Positions 11,164 to 22,692 of a stretch of DNA of 64,000 nt are shown piece after piece (the first letter of the stretch is position 1; the number at the start of each line of letters is the position of its first letter). The position numbers and the translations under genes were made by a program. Under the pieces are notes generated by a model. It did no database searches. It was not told the origin of the DNA and saw only the letters and a program-made list of their open reading frames with translations. The DNA is from an uncultured Actinomycetota bacterium (GTDB taxonomy: Bacteria > Actinomycetota > Actinomycetes > JAHEKZ01). Location of the stretch: assembly GCA_963829525.1 (NCBI GenBank), contig CAWHIJ010000003.1, positions 2,176,001-2,240,000 of the forward strand, written 5' to 3'.

Positions 11164-13869
11164 TCAAGTACGCGGGATCTCACGCATCTCGTATGTCTCG
11201 ATGACGTCCTCGACCTTGACGTCATTGAAGTTGCCGAGGTTGATACCGCACTCAAACCCTTCACGGACCTCGGTCACGTCGTCCTTGAAGCGACGAAGGC
11301 CGGTGATCTCAACACTCTCGGCAACGACCGCACCGTCACGGATAACGCGTGCCTTGGTGCCACGCTTGATCTCGCCAGAGCGGATCAGCGAACCAGCGAT
11401 GGTGCCAAACTTGCTCGAGCGGAAGACCTCGCGCACCTCTGCGGTGCCGAGCTCGACCTCTTCGAACTCCGGCTTGAGCATGCCCTTGAGCGCATTTTCG
11501 ATGTCGTCGATCGCCTGGTAGATGATCGAGTAGTACCGAATGTCGACACCCTCGCGCTCGCTCAGCTCGCGGGCGCGTCCTTCCGGACGCACGTTGAAGC
11601 CGATGATGATCGCCTCGGACGCCGACGCAAGGGTGACGTCATGCTCGGTGATCGAGCCGACGCCTCGGTGGATGATGCGCAGGTCGACATCTTCGCCGAC
11701 ATCGACTTTGAGCAAAGCATCTTCCAGGGCTTCCACCGAACCGGAGACATCTCCCTTGAGGATGAGGTTCAGCGTCTCGATCGCGCCCTGCTCGAGGATC
11801 TTCTGCAGGTCCTCAAGGCTCACCTTCTTGCGGGTCTTGGCCAGCTGAGCGTTCCGCTCGGCAGCGGCCCGCTTCTCCGCGATCTGGCGGGCAGTGCGGT
11901 CATCAGCGGCGACCAGGAACTTGTCACCTGCTCTCGGCACCGACGTGAGCCCGAGTACCTGGACCGGACGGGACGGCCCGGCAACCTCGATGTTGTCTCC
12001 GTGCTCGTCAACCATCGCGCGCACGCGGCCGAATGCCTCACCGGCCACAATCGCGTCACCGACGTTGAGCGTTCCGCGCTGCACCAGCACCGTTGCCACC
12101 GGGCCACGGCCACGGTCGAGGTGCGCCTCGATCGAGATACCGCGAGCTTCGGTGTCGGGGTTGGCGCGCAGGTCGAGCGCAGCGTCAGCAGTGAGCAGTA
12201 CCGCCTCAAGGAGCTTGTCGATGTGCAGACGGCTCTTGGCCGAGACGTCGACGAACATGGTCTCGCCGCCGTACTCCTCAGCAACGAGGCCGAACTCGGT
12301 GAGCTGCTGACGTACCTTCGCCGGGTTCGCGTCCTCCTTGTCGACCTTGTTGACCGCCACCACGATTGGCACCGACGCCGCGACTGCGTGGTTGAGCGCC
12401 TCGATGGTTTGCGGCATCACACCGTCATCGGCTGCCACGACCAGCACTGCAATGTCGGTGACTCTCGCACCACGGGCACGCATGGCGGTGAACGCCTCGT
12501 GACCGGGGGTGTCGATGAAGGTGATCGCCCGGTCCTCGCCGTCATGCGGCACGTGGACCTGGTAGGCGCCGATGTGCTGCGTGATGCCACCGGCCTCGTC
12601 AGCGACGACGTCGGTGGACCGAACGGCGTCGAGCAGCTTGGTCTTTCCGTGATCGACGTGGCCCATGACGGTGACGACAGGCGGACGAGGCCGGAGCGTG
12701 TCCTCGTCCTGATCGGCAACCTCAGCGTCAAGGTCGATGTCAAAGGACTCGAGGAGCTCTCGGTCCTCGTCCTCGGGGCTGACGATCTGCACGTCGTAGC
12801 CGAGCTCTGCTGCGAGCAACGCAAACGTGTCCTCGTCGAGCGACTGCGTCGCAGTGGCCATTTCACCAAGTGTGAACAAGACCGAGACCAACGACGCAGG
12901 ATTAGCGTTGATCCGCTCGGCGAAGTCAGTCAGCGACGCGCCGCGCGGCAGCCGGACCGTCTCGCCCTGACCGCGGGGAACCTGCACCCCACCGATCGTG
13001 GGAGCCTGCAGGTTGTCAAGCTCCTGACGGCGCTGCTTGCGTGACTTGCGTCCGCGCTGCTTGCCACCACCGCGACCGAAAGCGCCGGCTGTCTGGCCAC
13101 GGCCAGCGGGGCGGCCTCCGCCCCCTGGGCGACCGGCGAACCCGCCGCCGGAGGGGGCGCCACCCGGGCGCCCGGCATACCCGCCACCGCCGCCAGCGCC
13201 GCCTGGCCGCGCGGCACCGGGAGCGCCGGGACGAGTAGCGCCCGGAGCCCCGGGGCGACCGGCGGCAGGAGCGCCGCGGCCCGGCGCGCCCGCACGACCT
13301 GCTGGGGCTGGACGCCCCGGCATCATGCCGGGGTTCGGACGTGCGCCGCCTGGGCGCGGAGCAACCGGACGCGGAATGCCGGCGTCCTTGCTCGTGAAGG
13401 GATTGTTGCCGGGACGCGGGGCCGCCGGACGAGCAGCACCGGTGTCCCTGCTCATGAACGGGTTGTTGCCGGGACGCGGACCAGCCGGTCGGGCAGGTGC
13501 CTCTGCGGCGGCAGGCAGTTCAGCAGCAGCCGCGTCGGGCTCAGGAGCGACGACCGTACGTTCCTGCAGCGAGGGCGCCTCGGGCGCCGCAGGGGCGGCG
13601 GGAGCAGCGACAGCCGCTTCGACCGCGAGGGGCTCTGGCTCAGTGGGGGAAGTCTTCTTGGCTGCGGCCTTCTTGGTGGTCTTCTTCGCGGGAGCCACAT
13701 CACCTGCGGGCTGCGCGGGGAAGACCTCCTTGAGCTTACGAACAACAGGTGGTTCCACGGTCGACGATGCCGACCTGACGAACTCACCCATATCTTGGAG
13801 CTTGGCCAGAACGACCTTGCTCTCTACTCCGAGCTCCTTGGCGAGCTCGTACACCCGGACCTTAGCCAC
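11164..13869 (-). CDS. infB: Translation initiation factor IF-2
   Basis: [14 protein letters not shown]-domain, Pro/Gly-rich linker, [16 protein letters not shown] and NKVD motifs. Confidence 0.99.
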   Translation of the reverse strand: MAKVRVYELAKELGVESKVVLAKLQDMGEFVRSASSTVEPPVVRKLKEVFPAQPAGDVAPAKKTTKKAAAKKTSPTEPEPLAVEAAVAAPAAPAAPEAPSLQERTVVAPEPDAAAAELPAAAEAPARPAGPRPGNNPFMSRDTGAARPAAPRPGNNPFTSKDAGIPRPVAPRPGGARPNPGMMPGRPAPAGRAGAPGRGAPAAGRPGAPGATRPGAPGAARPGGAGGGGGYAGRPGGAPSGGGFAGRPGGGGRPAGRGQTAGAFGRGGGKQRGRKSRKQRRQELDNLQAPTIGGVQVPRGQGETVRLPRGASLTDFAERINANPASLVSVLFTLGEMATATQSLDEDTFALLAAELGYDVQIVSPEDEDRELLESFDIDLDAEVADQDEDTLRPRPPVVTVMGHVDHGKTKLLDAVRSTDVVADEAGGITQHIGAYQVHVPHDGEDRAITFIDTPGHEAFTAMRARGARVTDIAVLVVAADDGVMPQTIEALNHAVAASVPIVVAVNKVDKEDANPAKVRQQLTEFGLVAEEYGGETMFVDVSAKSRLHIDKLLEAVLLTADAALDLRANPDTEARGISIEAHLDRGRGPVATVLVQRGTLNVGDAIVAGEAFGRVRAMVDEHGDNIEVAGPSRPVQVLGLTSVPRAGDKFLVAADDRTARQIAEKRAAAERNAQLAKTRKKVSLEDLQKILEQGAIETLNLILKGDVSGSVEALEDALLKVDVGEDVDLRIIHRGVGSITEHDVTLASASEAIIIGFNVRPEGRARELSEREGVDIRYYSIIYQAIDDIENALKGMLKPEFEEVELGTAEVREVFRSSKFGTIAGSLIRSGEIKRGTKARVIRDGAVVAESVEITGLRRFKDDVTEVREGFECGINLGNFNDVKVEDVIETYEMREIPRT

Positions 13870-13886
13870 TGCTCTCCTGTTCCCAT

Positions 13887-13963
13887 GGTCCAGGCCTGGT
13901 GGCGTGGACCGTTAGTACGTCGACATGCTCATTGGTGCGCGCTCATCGCGTGCTCGTCGCCAT
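13887..13963 (-). promoter_or_regulatory. infB leader: three ATGA-overlapping mini-ORFs followed by a hairpin
   Basis: 13963-13943 MATSTR*, 13946-13929 MSAHQ*, 13932-13912 MSMSTY*, then the stem GGTCCA-C-GCC-ACCA-GGC-C-TGGACC (13910-13887) before the infB SD. Confidence 0.6.
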
Positions 13964-14004
13964 CTCGTCCTGCTTTCGGTCGGTCTTCGCTGGTGAAGAC
14001 ACAC

Positions 14005-14313
14005 TCACGGAAACTGCTGCATCTGTCCGCGCAACTCACTGACGTCGAGCCCTCCGCTGAGCCGTAAGGCCCGAGGAAGAGCCCGTCGCCGTTCGGCGAG
14101 GTCCAGACATTTCAGGGAGGGGTGCAGGTACGCACCACGCCCTGGGAACCGGCGGCCTGGATCGAGCCACGCGACCCACTCCTCAGAGCGCTCCGCCTGG
14201 TTCGGCCGGGCGACCACCCGTACCACGTCTGTCTGAGACGCCCGAGAGCGACATCCCACGCACATTCGTACCGGGGTGCGAACAGGATTCGGCGCCGACG
14301 GGCGGTCAGCCAC
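14005..14313 (-). CDS. ylxR: YlxR/RnpM family nucleic-acid-binding protein (DUF448)
   Basis: PVRMCVGCR, PGRGAYLH and RALR motifs; lies between nusA and infB. Confidence 0.9.
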   Translation of the reverse strand: MADRPSAPNPVRTPVRMCVGCRSRASQTDVVRVVARPNQAERSEEWVAWLDPGRRFPGRGAYLHPSLKCLDLAERRRALPRALRLSGGLDVSELRGQMQQFP

Positions 14314-14329
14314 AGGTCACTCTACCCGG

Positions 14330-15376
14330 TCAGCCGTTCGGCTCAACGCTCGGCGGCACTGCCGGGGGGTCCGAAGGCTCGGCGGAGCCGTTTCGGAGTG
14401 CATCCCCGGGGGGTGCGGTGTCGGACACGATGTCGATCCGCCAGCCGGTGAGGCGAGCCGCCAGCCTGGCATTCTGCCCCTCCCGGCCGATGGCGAGCGA
14501 GAGCTGATAGTCCGGGACGACCGCCCGCGCAGCTCGCGTCTCGGCGTCGACAACGGTGACGGAGGAGACCCTCGCCGGAGAGAGCGCATGCCCCACGAAC
14601 TCAGCCGGATCGGCCGACCAGTCGACGATGTCGATCTTCTCACCGTGCAGCTCGGCCATCACAGCGCGCACCCGCGCACCCATCGGTCCGATGCAGGCTC
14701 CCTTGGCTCCGAGCCCGGCCTTGTGCGAGTGAACAGCAATCTTGGTGCGGTGACCCGCCTCACGAGCGATCGCTGCAATCTCGACCGAACCATCTGCGAT
14801 CTCAGGCACCTCGAGCGCGAACAGGAGCTTGACCAGACCGGGATGCGTGCGCGACACCGTCACGATGGGCCCCCGACCACCCTTGCGGACGCCAACGACG
14901 TAGCAGCGAAGTCGCTCTCCGTGCACGTACTGTTCTCCCGGCACCTGCTCGGCCGCCGGTAGTTGTGCCTCGAGCGGCCCGAGGTCGATCAGCACCGTGT
15001 GCGGGTCGAGTCCCTGCTGGATGACACCCGAGACCAGGTCACCGTCACGACCTGACCAGGCACCAAAGGACGCCTCGTCTTCGGCGTCGCGGAGCCGCTG
15101 CAGGATGACCTGACGAGCCGTCGTGGCGGCAACACGACCAAACCCTTCTGGCGTGTCGTCCCACTCCCGAAGCACGATGCCGTCCTCGTCGGTCTCAGCG
15201 GCAAACACCGCGACGTGACCGGTCGAACGGTCCAACTCGACGCGCGCCTTCGGCTGTGCACCTGGCGTGTGCTGATAAGCGGTCTCCAATGCCCGCTCGA
15301 TCGCCTCGACCACGACATCGAAGGGGATCTCGCGCTCGTTGACCAGAGAGCGGAGCGCATTCATGTCGACGTCCAT
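14330..15376 (-). CDS. nusA: Transcription termination/antitermination factor NusA
   Basis: [26 protein letters not shown] and [25 protein letters not shown] motifs. Confidence 0.98.
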   Translation of the reverse strand: MDVDMNALRSLVNEREIPFDVVVEAIERALETAYQHTPGAQPKARVELDRSTGHVAVFAAETDEDGIVLREWDDTPEGFGRVAATTARQVILQRLRDAEDEASFGAWSGRDGDLVSGVIQQGLDPHTVLIDLGPLEAQLPAAEQVPGEQYVHGERLRCYVVGVRKGGRGPIVTVSRTHPGLVKLLFALEVPEIADGSVEIAAIAREAGHRTKIAVHSHKAGLGAKGACIGPMGARVRAVMAELHGEKIDIVDWSADPAEFVGHALSPARVSSVTVVDAETRAARAVVPDYQLSLAIGREGQNARLAARLTGWRIDIVSDTAPPGDALRNGSAEPSDPPAVPPSVEPNG

Positions 15377-15906
15377 CAGCGCTCTCCTTCCGATGCAGAT
15401 GGGTCCTCACCCGGTGCAGCAGGCCGGCGAAACTCCACCTGGACATGGGCTTCGCTGATCTGAGCGAAGGCAAAGGTCTTGGTCTCGGTGAGCCCCTGTG
15501 GCTGGTCACCGGGGCGCCCACCCGCAGGCTCAAGGGTGACCGTTTCGTCGTCGCTGGCCATGATGCGCCCGACGATCTCGTCGCCGTCAGTGGTTTTCAG
15601 GCGAACCAGACGAGTGGAGTTGCGGCGCCAGTGACGCGGCAGAGAGAGCGACCGGCCCACTCCAGGTGATGAGACTTCCAGCACATAGGGCTGCTCGCCC
15701 ATGGCGTCTGTCGCGTCGAGCTCGACGGACAGGATCGACGTCAGAGCGGCGATGTGATCGAGGGTGACTCCTCCCTCCCGATCGACGAGCACCCGGATGA
15801 GCCGGCGGCGCCCCGCAGGCTGCACCTCGACGGCCTCCAGGTCGAATCCCTCGGCGGCAACCACTGGAGTGAGCGCCCTCGCAACGCGGTCGGCAACTGC
15901 AGCCAT
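15376..15906 (-). CDS. rimP: Ribosome maturation factor RimP
   Basis: [12 protein letters not shown] and HWRRN motifs. ATG at 15906 follows a GGAGG SD. Confidence 0.93.
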   Translation of the reverse strand: MAAVADRVARALTPVVAAEGFDLEAVEVQPAGRRRLIRVLVDREGGVTLDHIAALTSILSVELDATDAMGEQPYVLEVSSPGVGRSLSLPRHWRRNSTRLVRLKTTDGDEIVGRIMASDDETVTLEPAGGRPGDQPQGLTETKTFAFAQISEAHVQVEFRRPAAPGEDPSASEGER

Positions 15907-16027
15907 GGTGACCTCCGCCCATTCTGTTGTGTGGTGCCTGTTGTGTGGTGCCCCTTGCGTGGTGCATGTCACCCTACCGGCCCGCCGTGGAATGCTGGCC
16001 CGCGTGCTCTCCCTTGGACCCGCGCCG

Positions 16028-16501
16028 GTGACGCGTCGTGTGCTGCTCATTGGCGCAGTCGGTATCCCGATGTCGCTGTCGGTCACCGCATGCACCGGGG
16101 ATGCACCGGTCGATCTACCTGCCGATCCTGACCGTGAGGCGCTCGAAGCAGCGCAAGAGGTGGAGGTCGCGACCTTAGCGGCGCTGGAGGGCTGGCCGAT
16201 GGACGCAAACGACGGCACGGTCACCCGAGCCGAGGTGAGCTCTGCGATCAGTGCCCACATCGCAGCGCTTGTCGCCGCTCTCACCTCGACTCCGCCGGCC
16301 ATCCCATCGCCATCGGGTTCGGGGTCCTACGCGCTCATTCCCACGCTTTCCACCGCGCAGGTCGTGGCCATGCTCGACTCTGCCGCAAGCGAGCACACCC
16401 GCGCCCTGCGCACCGCCTCCCCCGAGATCAGCCCACTGCTCGCTTCGATCGCAGCATCAGACGCGGCAGTGGCCGCAGCCATCCGGCAGAGCAGCACATG
16501 A
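16028..16501 (+). CDS. Putative (Tat) lipoprotein
   Basis: TRRVLL...VTAC signal/lipobox and C-terminal LLASIAAS. It is divergent from rimP, as is typical in actinobacteria. Start uncertain. Confidence 0.65.
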   Translation: MTRRVLLIGAVGIPMSLSVTACTGDAPVDLPADPDREALEAAQEVEVATLAALEGWPMDANDGTVTRAEVSSAISAHIAALVAALTSTPPAIPSPSGSGSYALIPTLSTAQVVAMLDSAASEHTRALRTASPEISPLLASIAASDAAVAAAIRQSST

Positions 16502-16899
16502 TCGACGACCTCGCCCTATGGCAGCAAACGCTTGCCACCGAGCACGCCACGATCTGGGCGTACGGCCTGGTCGGCGCGACGCCGTCCCTGGCGGTTCCGG
16601 CTGATGCCGCCCTGCGGGTCCACCGTGACCGGCGCGCCCGCTGCGTCGATCAGGTGGTGGCACTAGGCGGTGAGCCCGTTGCGTCGGCCCCGGCGTACGA
16701 CGTGGTGGCGCCGCCCAGCTCAGCTGCCGCACGAAAGCTCGCGGCATCCCTGGAGGACAGCTGCACGGTGGCGTACGCCGCACTGACCGGAGCCAACGAC
16801 CGCGCCGCCCGCCTGCTGGCCGCTCAGTGGCTGCGCGAGAGCGCGATCGCCCTCTGGGGTTGGGACGGAGAGCTGCCGGCCCTTCCAGGTCTGGAGTAG
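16498..16899 (+). CDS. Ferritin-like DUF4439 protein
   Basis: EHATIWAYG, HRDRR and C-terminal ALPGL; coupled to the upstream gene by an ATGA overlap. Confidence 0.8.
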   Translation: MIDDLALWQQTLATEHATIWAYGLVGATPSLAVPADAALRVHRDRRARCVDQVVALGGEPVASAPAYDVVAPPSSAAARKLAASLEDSCTVAYAALTGANDRAARLLAAQWLRESAIALWGWDGELPALPGLE

Positions 16900-16908
16900 C
16901 CGGCCGGG

Positions 16909-18675
16909 TCAGAGGCGGCCGCACTCTTGCACCAGCGCCGCCAACGCCTCACCTGCAGGGACGTCGCGCCGCTCGCCCGACCTCCTGTCACGCACCTCGA
17001 TCACGCCCTCTGCAAGGTTCTTGCCAATGACCGCGATCGTAGGCATGCCGAGGAGCTCGGCATCCTTGAACTTCACGCCTGGCGACACACCCTTACGGTC
17101 GTCGTAGAGCACCCTGATGCCGGCGCCCTCGAGGTCGAGCGCGAGCTGCTCGGCGAACTCGAAGACGGCCGCATCCTTGCCGGCCGCCATCAGATGGAGA
17201 TCGGCGGGAGCCACTTCGCGCGGCCAGACGATGCCGATGTCGTCGTGCGAGTTCTCGACGATGGCCGCGACAGCTCGAGACACCCCGATGCCGTACGAGC
17301 CCATGGTCACGGTGACGAGCTTGCCGTTCTCGTCGAGCACCTTGCAGTCGAGCGCTTCTGCGAACCGCTTGCCCAGCTGGAAGATGTGACCCATCTCGAT
17401 GCCCCGTGCGGTCTCCAGCGCTCCGCCGTCGCGTGGGCAGAGGTCGCCGGCACGCACCTCGGCCGCCTCGATGACGCCGTCGGCTGTGAAGTCGCGCCCA
17501 GCCACGAGATCGAGCACGTGTCGCCCGTCCTGGTCTGCACCCGTGACCCACGCGGTGCCGTCGACCACTCGAGGGTCGACGAGGAAGCGGATACCGGAGG
17601 CGTTCTCCGATCCAAGCACCCCCGGACCGATGTACCCCTTCTTGAGCGCGGGATTCGCAGCGAAGTCCGCCTCGGTGAAGGCGGCCAGCTCGGCCGGTTC
17701 GACCTGGGCCTGAAGCCGCTTCTCGTCCACCTCGCGGTCACCGGGGATGCCGACGGCGAGTGGCTCGCGACGACCATCGGGGTGGGCGAGCATGACGACG
17801 ACGTTCTTGAGCGTGTCCGCGGCGTGCCACGGACGGTCGGTGCGCGGGAACACCGTGTTGAGGTGCTCGACGAGCGTGTCGATCGTTGGGGTGTCGGGTG
17901 TGTCCTCGACGTGCGCGGCGGGCAGGCCGTCGAACGGCATCGGGTCGGTCGGACGGACCTGGACGGCCTCGACATTCGCTGCGTAGTCGCACGTCTTGCA
18001 TCGAACATAGGTGTCCTCGCCATGTTCAGCGGTCGCGAGGAACTCCTCGCTCGCCGACCCGCCCATCGCGCCGCTCATGGCATCGACGATGACGTAGTCA
18101 AAGCCGAACCGGTCGAAGATCCGGATGTAGGCGTCGCGGTGGGCCTGGTACGAACGGTCGAAGGACTCGTCGGTCACGTCGAAGGAGTAGGAGTCCTTCA
18201 TGACGAACTCGCGCCCTCGCAGGATGCCCGCCCGAGGGCGTGGCTCGTCGCGGTACTTGGTCTGGATCTGGTACAGCCAGACCGGCAGGTCCTTGTAGGA
18301 GGAGTACACGTCCTTCACCAGGAGGGTGAACATCTCCTCGTGCGTCGGACCGAGCAGGTAGTCGGCCTCCTTGCGGTCCTTCAGCCGGAAGATGTTGTCG
18401 CCGTACTCCGTCCAGCGGTTGCTCGCCTCGTACGGCTCACGCGGCAGGAGCGCCGGGAAGTGCACCTCTTGGGCGCCGATGGCATTCATTTCCTCGCGCA
18501 CAATGCGCTCGATGTTGCGCAGGACTAGGAAGCCAAGGGGCAGCCAGCTGTAGATGCCTGGTGCTGCACGTCGCACGTATCCGGCCCGCACCAGCAACCG
18601 GTGGCTCGGGACTTCCGCGTCGGCTGGATCCTCGCGCAGCGTGCGAAGGAACAGCGTCGACATCCTTAGCAGCAC
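16909..18675 (-). CDS. proS: Proline--tRNA ligase (with editing domain)
   Basis: [35 protein letters not shown] and MGSYGIG motifs. Confidence 0.98.
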   Translation of the reverse strand: MLLRMSTLFLRTLREDPADAEVPSHRLLVRAGYVRRAAPGIYSWLPLGFLVLRNIERIVREEMNAIGAQEVHFPALLPREPYEASNRWTEYGDNIFRLKDRKEADYLLGPTHEEMFTLLVKDVYSSYKDLPVWLYQIQTKYRDEPRPRAGILRGREFVMKDSYSFDVTDESFDRSYQAHRDAYIRIFDRFGFDYVIVDAMSGAMGGSASEEFLATAEHGEDTYVRCKTCDYAANVEAVQVRPTDPMPFDGLPAAHVEDTPDTPTIDTLVEHLNTVFPRTDRPWHAADTLKNVVVMLAHPDGRREPLAVGIPGDREVDEKRLQAQVEPAELAAFTEADFAANPALKKGYIGPGVLGSENASGIRFLVDPRVVDGTAWVTGADQDGRHVLDLVAGRDFTADGVIEAAEVRAGDLCPRDGGALETARGIEMGHIFQLGKRFAEALDCKVLDENGKLVTVTMGSYGIGVSRAVAAIVENSHDDIGIVWPREVAPADLHLMAAGKDAAVFEFAEQLALDLEGAGIRVLYDDRKGVSPGVKFKDAELLGMPTIAVIGKNLAEGVIEVRDRRSGERRDVPAGEALAALVQECGRL

Positions 18676-18723
18676 AGGTACTCCTCGTCAGGTCACGGAC
18701 AGCGAGCCCCTACTCTCCCATCC

Positions 18724-19227
18724 ATGGCCGATGAACAGACACCCGATATCGACGAACGCCCCGATCCACGCCCCGCACACGGCCGACCGTTCGTACCTGT
18801 CGGCTTCGTCGCTCCGCCGCCGCCACGGACGGAGAGCCTCTGGCTCGAGCCGTTGGGGCCGCAGCACAACGACGCCGACTATGCCGCCTGGACCTCGTCG
18901 GTGGAGCATATCCACGCGACCCCAGGGTTCGAGAGCAAGCGGTGGCCGCACCCGATGACTCCGGCCGAGAACGAGGGTGACCTGTTGATGCACGCCGACC
19001 ACTTCGATCGGCAGCTGGGATTCACCTACACCGTTCGAGGCACCGCTGACGACGACGTCATCGGGTGCGTCTACATCTACCCCAGCGACGATGCCTCGAT
19101 CGACGCATCTGTGCGTTCGTGGGTCCGGGTCTCACACGCGCACCTCGATGCAGAACTATGGCGACTCATCCGCGACTGGTTGCAGCACGACTGGCCATTC
19201 AGCGCGATCGACTACGCCGCTCGCTAA
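18724..19227 (+). CDS. GNAT-like N-acetyltransferase family protein
   Basis: LEPLGPQHNDADYAAW, FTYTV...VIGCVYIYP and SWVR pattern. Confidence 0.7.
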   Translation: MADEQTPDIDERPDPRPAHGRPFVPVGFVAPPPPRTESLWLEPLGPQHNDADYAAWTSSVEHIHATPGFESKRWPHPMTPAENEGDLLMHADHFDRQLGFTYTVRGTADDDVIGCVYIYPSDDASIDASVRSWVRVSHAHLDAELWRLIRDWLQHDWPFSAIDYAAR

Positions 19228-19250
19228 GCAACCCGATTGATTCATCCCTG

Positions 19251-20123
19251 TCAGAACAGAACGGTCGCGAAGGTGCTGTACCGGCCGAACCCCACTCGTT
19301 CGTAGGCTCGGCGCGCTGGCTCGTTGTACGCATTCACGTAGAGGCTGACGATGGGGGCGAACCGGTCGCGCGCGTATCGAACAATGGTCGCCATCCCGGG
19401 AGCTGCCAGACCCTGACCGCGAAGGTCCGGATGCACCCAGACACCTTGAACCTGACAAGCCTGAGACGAGACGGACCCGATCTCGGCCTTGAACACCACT
19501 CGACCATTGTCGATCCGTGCCAGCGCACGACCGGCGAGCACAAGCTCGCGGACCCTTGCCCGATAGAGAGACCCGTCTCCGGACGCGATGGGCGAGACAC
19601 CAACTTCTTCGGTGAACATGTCGATGCAGGCCGGCAGCAAGATATCGAGCTCGTCCTCGCGAACCGGTCGCACTTCGATGTCGCCGTCGCAGGAAGGGTC
19701 GACCGACATCGCCATCACCGGCTGGTCATCACGTACCTCGCGAGCCGCACCCCACGAGCCTTCCAGCATCGACCAGAGCGACAGCACCTGGTCACGCGAA
19801 CCGACAATCGACGAACAGCGCCGGCCTCGTCGCCTTGCCCGTTCCGCAAACGCACCCAAGGCCGCGGGATCGGCAGTATCCGGAACGAGGTTGGCCCCCG
19901 AGTAGCAAAGCCCGCTCCATCGGCGGCCCTGCCCGAAACCCCAGAGCTCGCCACCGAGCCGCCACGAGTGACCGAGGGCCGCCTCAATCCGCGCCGCGAC
20001 AAAGACATTGCCCACCGGGTCAGATGCCAGATGATCGACCGCAGCTTGCAGGTCGGCGACACCGAGAACACGAAGGGCCGAGACGGTGTCCTGCGTCTGC
20101 GGGGGATCGACGTGAGTGGTCAT
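19251..20123 (-). CDS. DUF4081-type GNAT N-acetyltransferase
   Basis: QVQGVWVHPDLRGQGLA acetyl-CoA motif and SLYVN...ARRAYERVGF; usual position downstream of ispG. Confidence 0.85.
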   Translation of the reverse strand: MTTHVDPPQTQDTVSALRVLGVADLQAAVDHLASDPVGNVFVAARIEAALGHSWRLGGELWGFGQGRRWSGLCYSGANLVPDTADPAALGAFAERARRRGRRCSSIVGSRDQVLSLWSMLEGSWGAAREVRDDQPVMAMSVDPSCDGDIEVRPVREDELDILLPACIDMFTEEVGVSPIASGDGSLYRARVRELVLAGRALARIDNGRVVFKAEIGSVSSQACQVQGVWVHPDLRGQGLAAPGMATIVRYARDRFAPIVSLYVNAYNEPARRAYERVGFGRYSTFATVLF

Positions 20124-20124
20124 G

Positions 20125-21291
20125 TCAGCCGACAACGACCTCTGCGACTTGACCGCTCTCCGGATCGACACCCATCTCTTCAGCCAGACGCAGGGCCTCC
20201 TCGATGAGCGTCTCGACGATCTCGGCTTCGGGAACGGTCTTGATGATCTCGCCGCGAACGAATATCTGTCCCTTGCCGTTTCCAGACGCCACACCCAGAT
20301 CGGCCTCACGGGCTTCCCCGGGCCCGTTGACGACGCAGCCCATCACGGCGACGCGGAGTGGCACGTTCAGACCTTCCAGACCTGCAGTCACCTGTTCGGC
20401 CAGCGTGTAGACATCGACCTGGGCCCGACCGCAGCTGGGACACGAGACGATCTCCAGGCCGCGCTCGCGCAGCCCGAGCGACTCAAGGATCGCGATACCG
20501 ACCTTGACCTCCTCCACGGGCGGAGCAGACAGCGAGACCCGGATCGTGTCCCCAATCCCCTCGGCAAGAAGAGCACCGAAGGCCACGGCCGACTTCACCG
20601 TTCCCTGAAACGTCGGACCCGCCTCTGTGACACCGAGATGGAGCGGATAGTCGCACTGCTCGGAGAGCTGGCGGTAGGCCGCGACCATCACAACGGGATC
20701 GTGGTGCTTGACAGAGATCTTGATTTCACCGAAGCCGTGCTCCTCAAAGAGCGAGCACTCCCAGAGCGCTGACTCGACCAAGGCTTCAGGTGTCGCTTTG
20801 CCGTACTTGGCCAGCAGCCGCGGATCGAGCGACCCGGCGTTGACTCCAATGCGAATGGGCACCTGAGCGTCACCCGCAGCCTTGGCGATCTCACCGACCT
20901 TGTCGTCGAACTGCTTGATGTTGCCCGGATTGACGCGCACCCCTGCGCAGCCAGCGTCGATGGCAGCGAAGACGTAGCGGGGTTGGAAGTGGATATCGGC
21001 GATCACCGGGATCTGTGACTTCTTGGCGATGGTGGCGAGCGCGTCGGCGTCGTCCTGGCTCGGGCAAGCCACCCGAACGACCTGACAGCCGGATGCAGTG
21101 AGTTCAGCGATCTGCTGCAAGGTGGCGTTGATGTCTGCGGTCACCGTCGTCGTCATCGACTGCACCGAGACGGGGGCATCGCCACCAACTGGAACCGGGT
21201 GCGTGGGGTGGCGAAGCACGATCTGTCGGGTCGGCCGCCGCGCTGCGAGCGGTTTTGGCGGCGGGGTCGGGACGCCGAGGGCGATGGTCAT
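20125..21291 (-). CDS. ispG: (E)-4-hydroxy-3-methylbut-2-enyl-diphosphate synthase
   Basis: VQSMTTT, ADIHF, RVNPGN, CPSCGR and [10 protein letters not shown] motifs. Confidence 0.98.
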   Translation of the reverse strand: MTIALGVPTPPPKPLAARRPTRQIVLRHPTHPVPVGGDAPVSVQSMTTTVTADINATLQQIAELTASGCQVVRVACPSQDDADALATIAKKSQIPVIADIHFQPRYVFAAIDAGCAGVRVNPGNIKQFDDKVGEIAKAAGDAQVPIRIGVNAGSLDPRLLAKYGKATPEALVESALWECSLFEEHGFGEIKISVKHHDPVVMVAAYRQLSEQCDYPLHLGVTEAGPTFQGTVKSAVAFGALLAEGIGDTIRVSLSAPPVEEVKVGIAILESLGLRERGLEIVSCPSCGRAQVDVYTLAEQVTAGLEGLNVPLRVAVMGCVVNGPGEAREADLGVASGNGKGQIFVRGEIIKTVPEAEIVETLIEEALRLAEEMGVDPESGQVAEVVVG

Positions 21292-21328
21292 GCCCCCAGT
21301 ATCCTCCCGATCCGTCGAAACGACCTGT

Positions 21329-21377
21329 GCAGGTGCGTTCAGCGCAGGTGCGTTCAGCCCAGGTTCAGTGGGTTCAG
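21329..21377. repeat. Short tandem repeat (GCAGGTGCGTTCAGC x2, GTTCAG core x4)
   Basis: 15-bp unit at 21329-21343 and 21344-21358, with further GTTCAG copies at 21363 and 21372. Confidence 0.6.
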
Positions 21378-22666
21378 CTGAGCGAGATCGGATTGACGAT
21401 GTCGGCGTAGATCAGCAGCACCGACATTCCGATGAGCAGAAATGCGACGGTGTAGGCGACCGGCAGCATCTTGGCGACGTCGACGGGACCGGGGTCGGGG
21501 CGACCCCGGATCGTGGCGATCTTGCGCCTGGCTCCTTCGTACAGGGCCCCGGCCACATGCCCGCCGTCCAGGGGTAGCAACGGGATGAGGTTGAAGAAGA
21601 AGAGCGCCATGTTGAGGGCCGCCAGCAGCGTCAGCCAGTTGGCCACCTTCCAACTGAGTGTGGCCTGGTCCTCGGCAACGGCGACGCTGAAGCGCCCGAC
21701 CCCGACGACGCTGACGGGCCCGGTGGGGTCACGCTCCTCATCACTGAAGGCCGCTTGCCAGACCCCGACCATCTTGCTGGGAATCGAGACGATGGCCTGA
21801 CCGGACCGGTACACGAACTCCCACATCCGCTCCGGAACGGCTGCGATCGACGTCTGCTGCTGCTCGATCGACGGGCTCAGCCCGATGAAGCCGGCGGTGA
21901 TCTCCTGGGTGGGGTCGTCCGGATCGGGAACTTGCGTGCTGCCAACGGTGACCGGGAGGTCGAGGGTCGAGCCGTTGCGCTCGACGGTGAGGAGGATCTC
22001 TTTCCCCGGCTGGGCACGTACGACGTCAACGATGGTAAGCCAGTCGTCATAGGTGACGCCGTCGACAGCGACGACCACGTCACCTGCCTCGACCCCAGCA
22101 GCTGCTGCTGGGCTCTGTGGGTCGTTGTCGGTGCACGTCGCCTCGACATTGCTGGGGACGCAAGGGGCAACCGTGTTGACCGTGGTCGTCAGTGTGGGAA
22201 CGCCGAGCAGAACGAGAGCCACGGTGTAGAGCACCGCCGCCAGGAACAGGTTCATGGTGGGCCCGCCCAGCATGACGACAATCTTTCGGTGCACAGGCAA
22301 CTGGAAGAAGGCGCGGTGTTCCTCGCCGGCCCTGATCTCCTCGGTCGACGAGCGCCTGGCGTCCTCGATCATCGACTGGAAGGGACCGGTGCTGGAGGCG
22401 GCCAGGACGAGATCGCCCTTCGGATTGCGGTGCGGCGGGAACATGCCGACCATTCGGATGTAGCCACCGAACGGAATGGCCTTGACTCCGTACTCGGTCT
22501 CACCCCGGACGCGCGACCACATGGTGGGGCCGAAGCCGACCATGTACTGGGTGACACGGACCCCGAAGCGTTTGGCCGGAACGAGGTGTCCGACCTCGTG
22601 CAGTGCAATGGAGCCAAGGACCCCGACGGCGAAGACGGCTAGGCCGATCAGCCCCGCACCGCTCAC
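21374..22666 (-). CDS. rseP: M50 site-2 zinc metalloprotease with PDZ domain (RseP/Rip1)
   Basis: HEVGH, GFGP, PFGGY, PDZ domain and [11 protein letters not shown]; lies between dxr and ispG. Confidence 0.92.
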   Translation of the reverse strand: MSGAGLIGLAVFAVGVLGSIALHEVGHLVPAKRFGVRVTQYMVGFGPTMWSRVRGETEYGVKAIPFGGYIRMVGMFPPHRNPKGDLVLAASSTGPFQSMIEDARRSSTEEIRAGEEHRAFFQLPVHRKIVVMLGGPTMNLFLAAVLYTVALVLLGVPTLTTTVNTVAPCVPSNVEATCTDNDPQSPAAAAGVEAGDVVVAVDGVTYDDWLTIVDVVRAQPGKEILLTVERNGSTLDLPVTVGSTQVPDPDDPTQEITAGFIGLSPSIEQQQTSIAAVPERMWEFVYRSGQAIVSIPSKMVGVWQAAFSDEERDPTGPVSVVGVGRFSVAVAEDQATLSWKVANWLTLLAALNMALFFFNLIPLLPLDGGHVAGALYEGARRKIATIRGRPDPGPVDVAKMLPVAYTVAFLLIGMSVLLIYADIVNPISLS

Positions 22667-22692
22667 CGTGTTCCCCTTCGCTCTCGCACTCG

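Noticed and set aside
10972-13044. 690-aa plus-strand ORF, and similar long ORFs at 2311-3813, 16927-18528, 31970-33379, 34940-36151, 39709-41043 and 50488-52020
   Set aside because: These are antisense shadows of well-supported genes. Long stop-free reverse frames are expected in high-GC coding DNA, and they show no family motifs.
13040-13700. Repeated GC-rich units ([14 protein letters not shown] x2)
   Set aside because: This is the normal low-complexity linker of actinobacterial IF2, not a separate repeat element.
15907-16302. N-terminal extension of RimP in the ORF track (similar extensions on pnp, rbfA, pucR, potA, potD, caiB, tetR and the cupin)
   Set aside because: These come from upstream in-frame alternative starts. 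Better SD-supported starts lie downstream and the extensions overlap other features.
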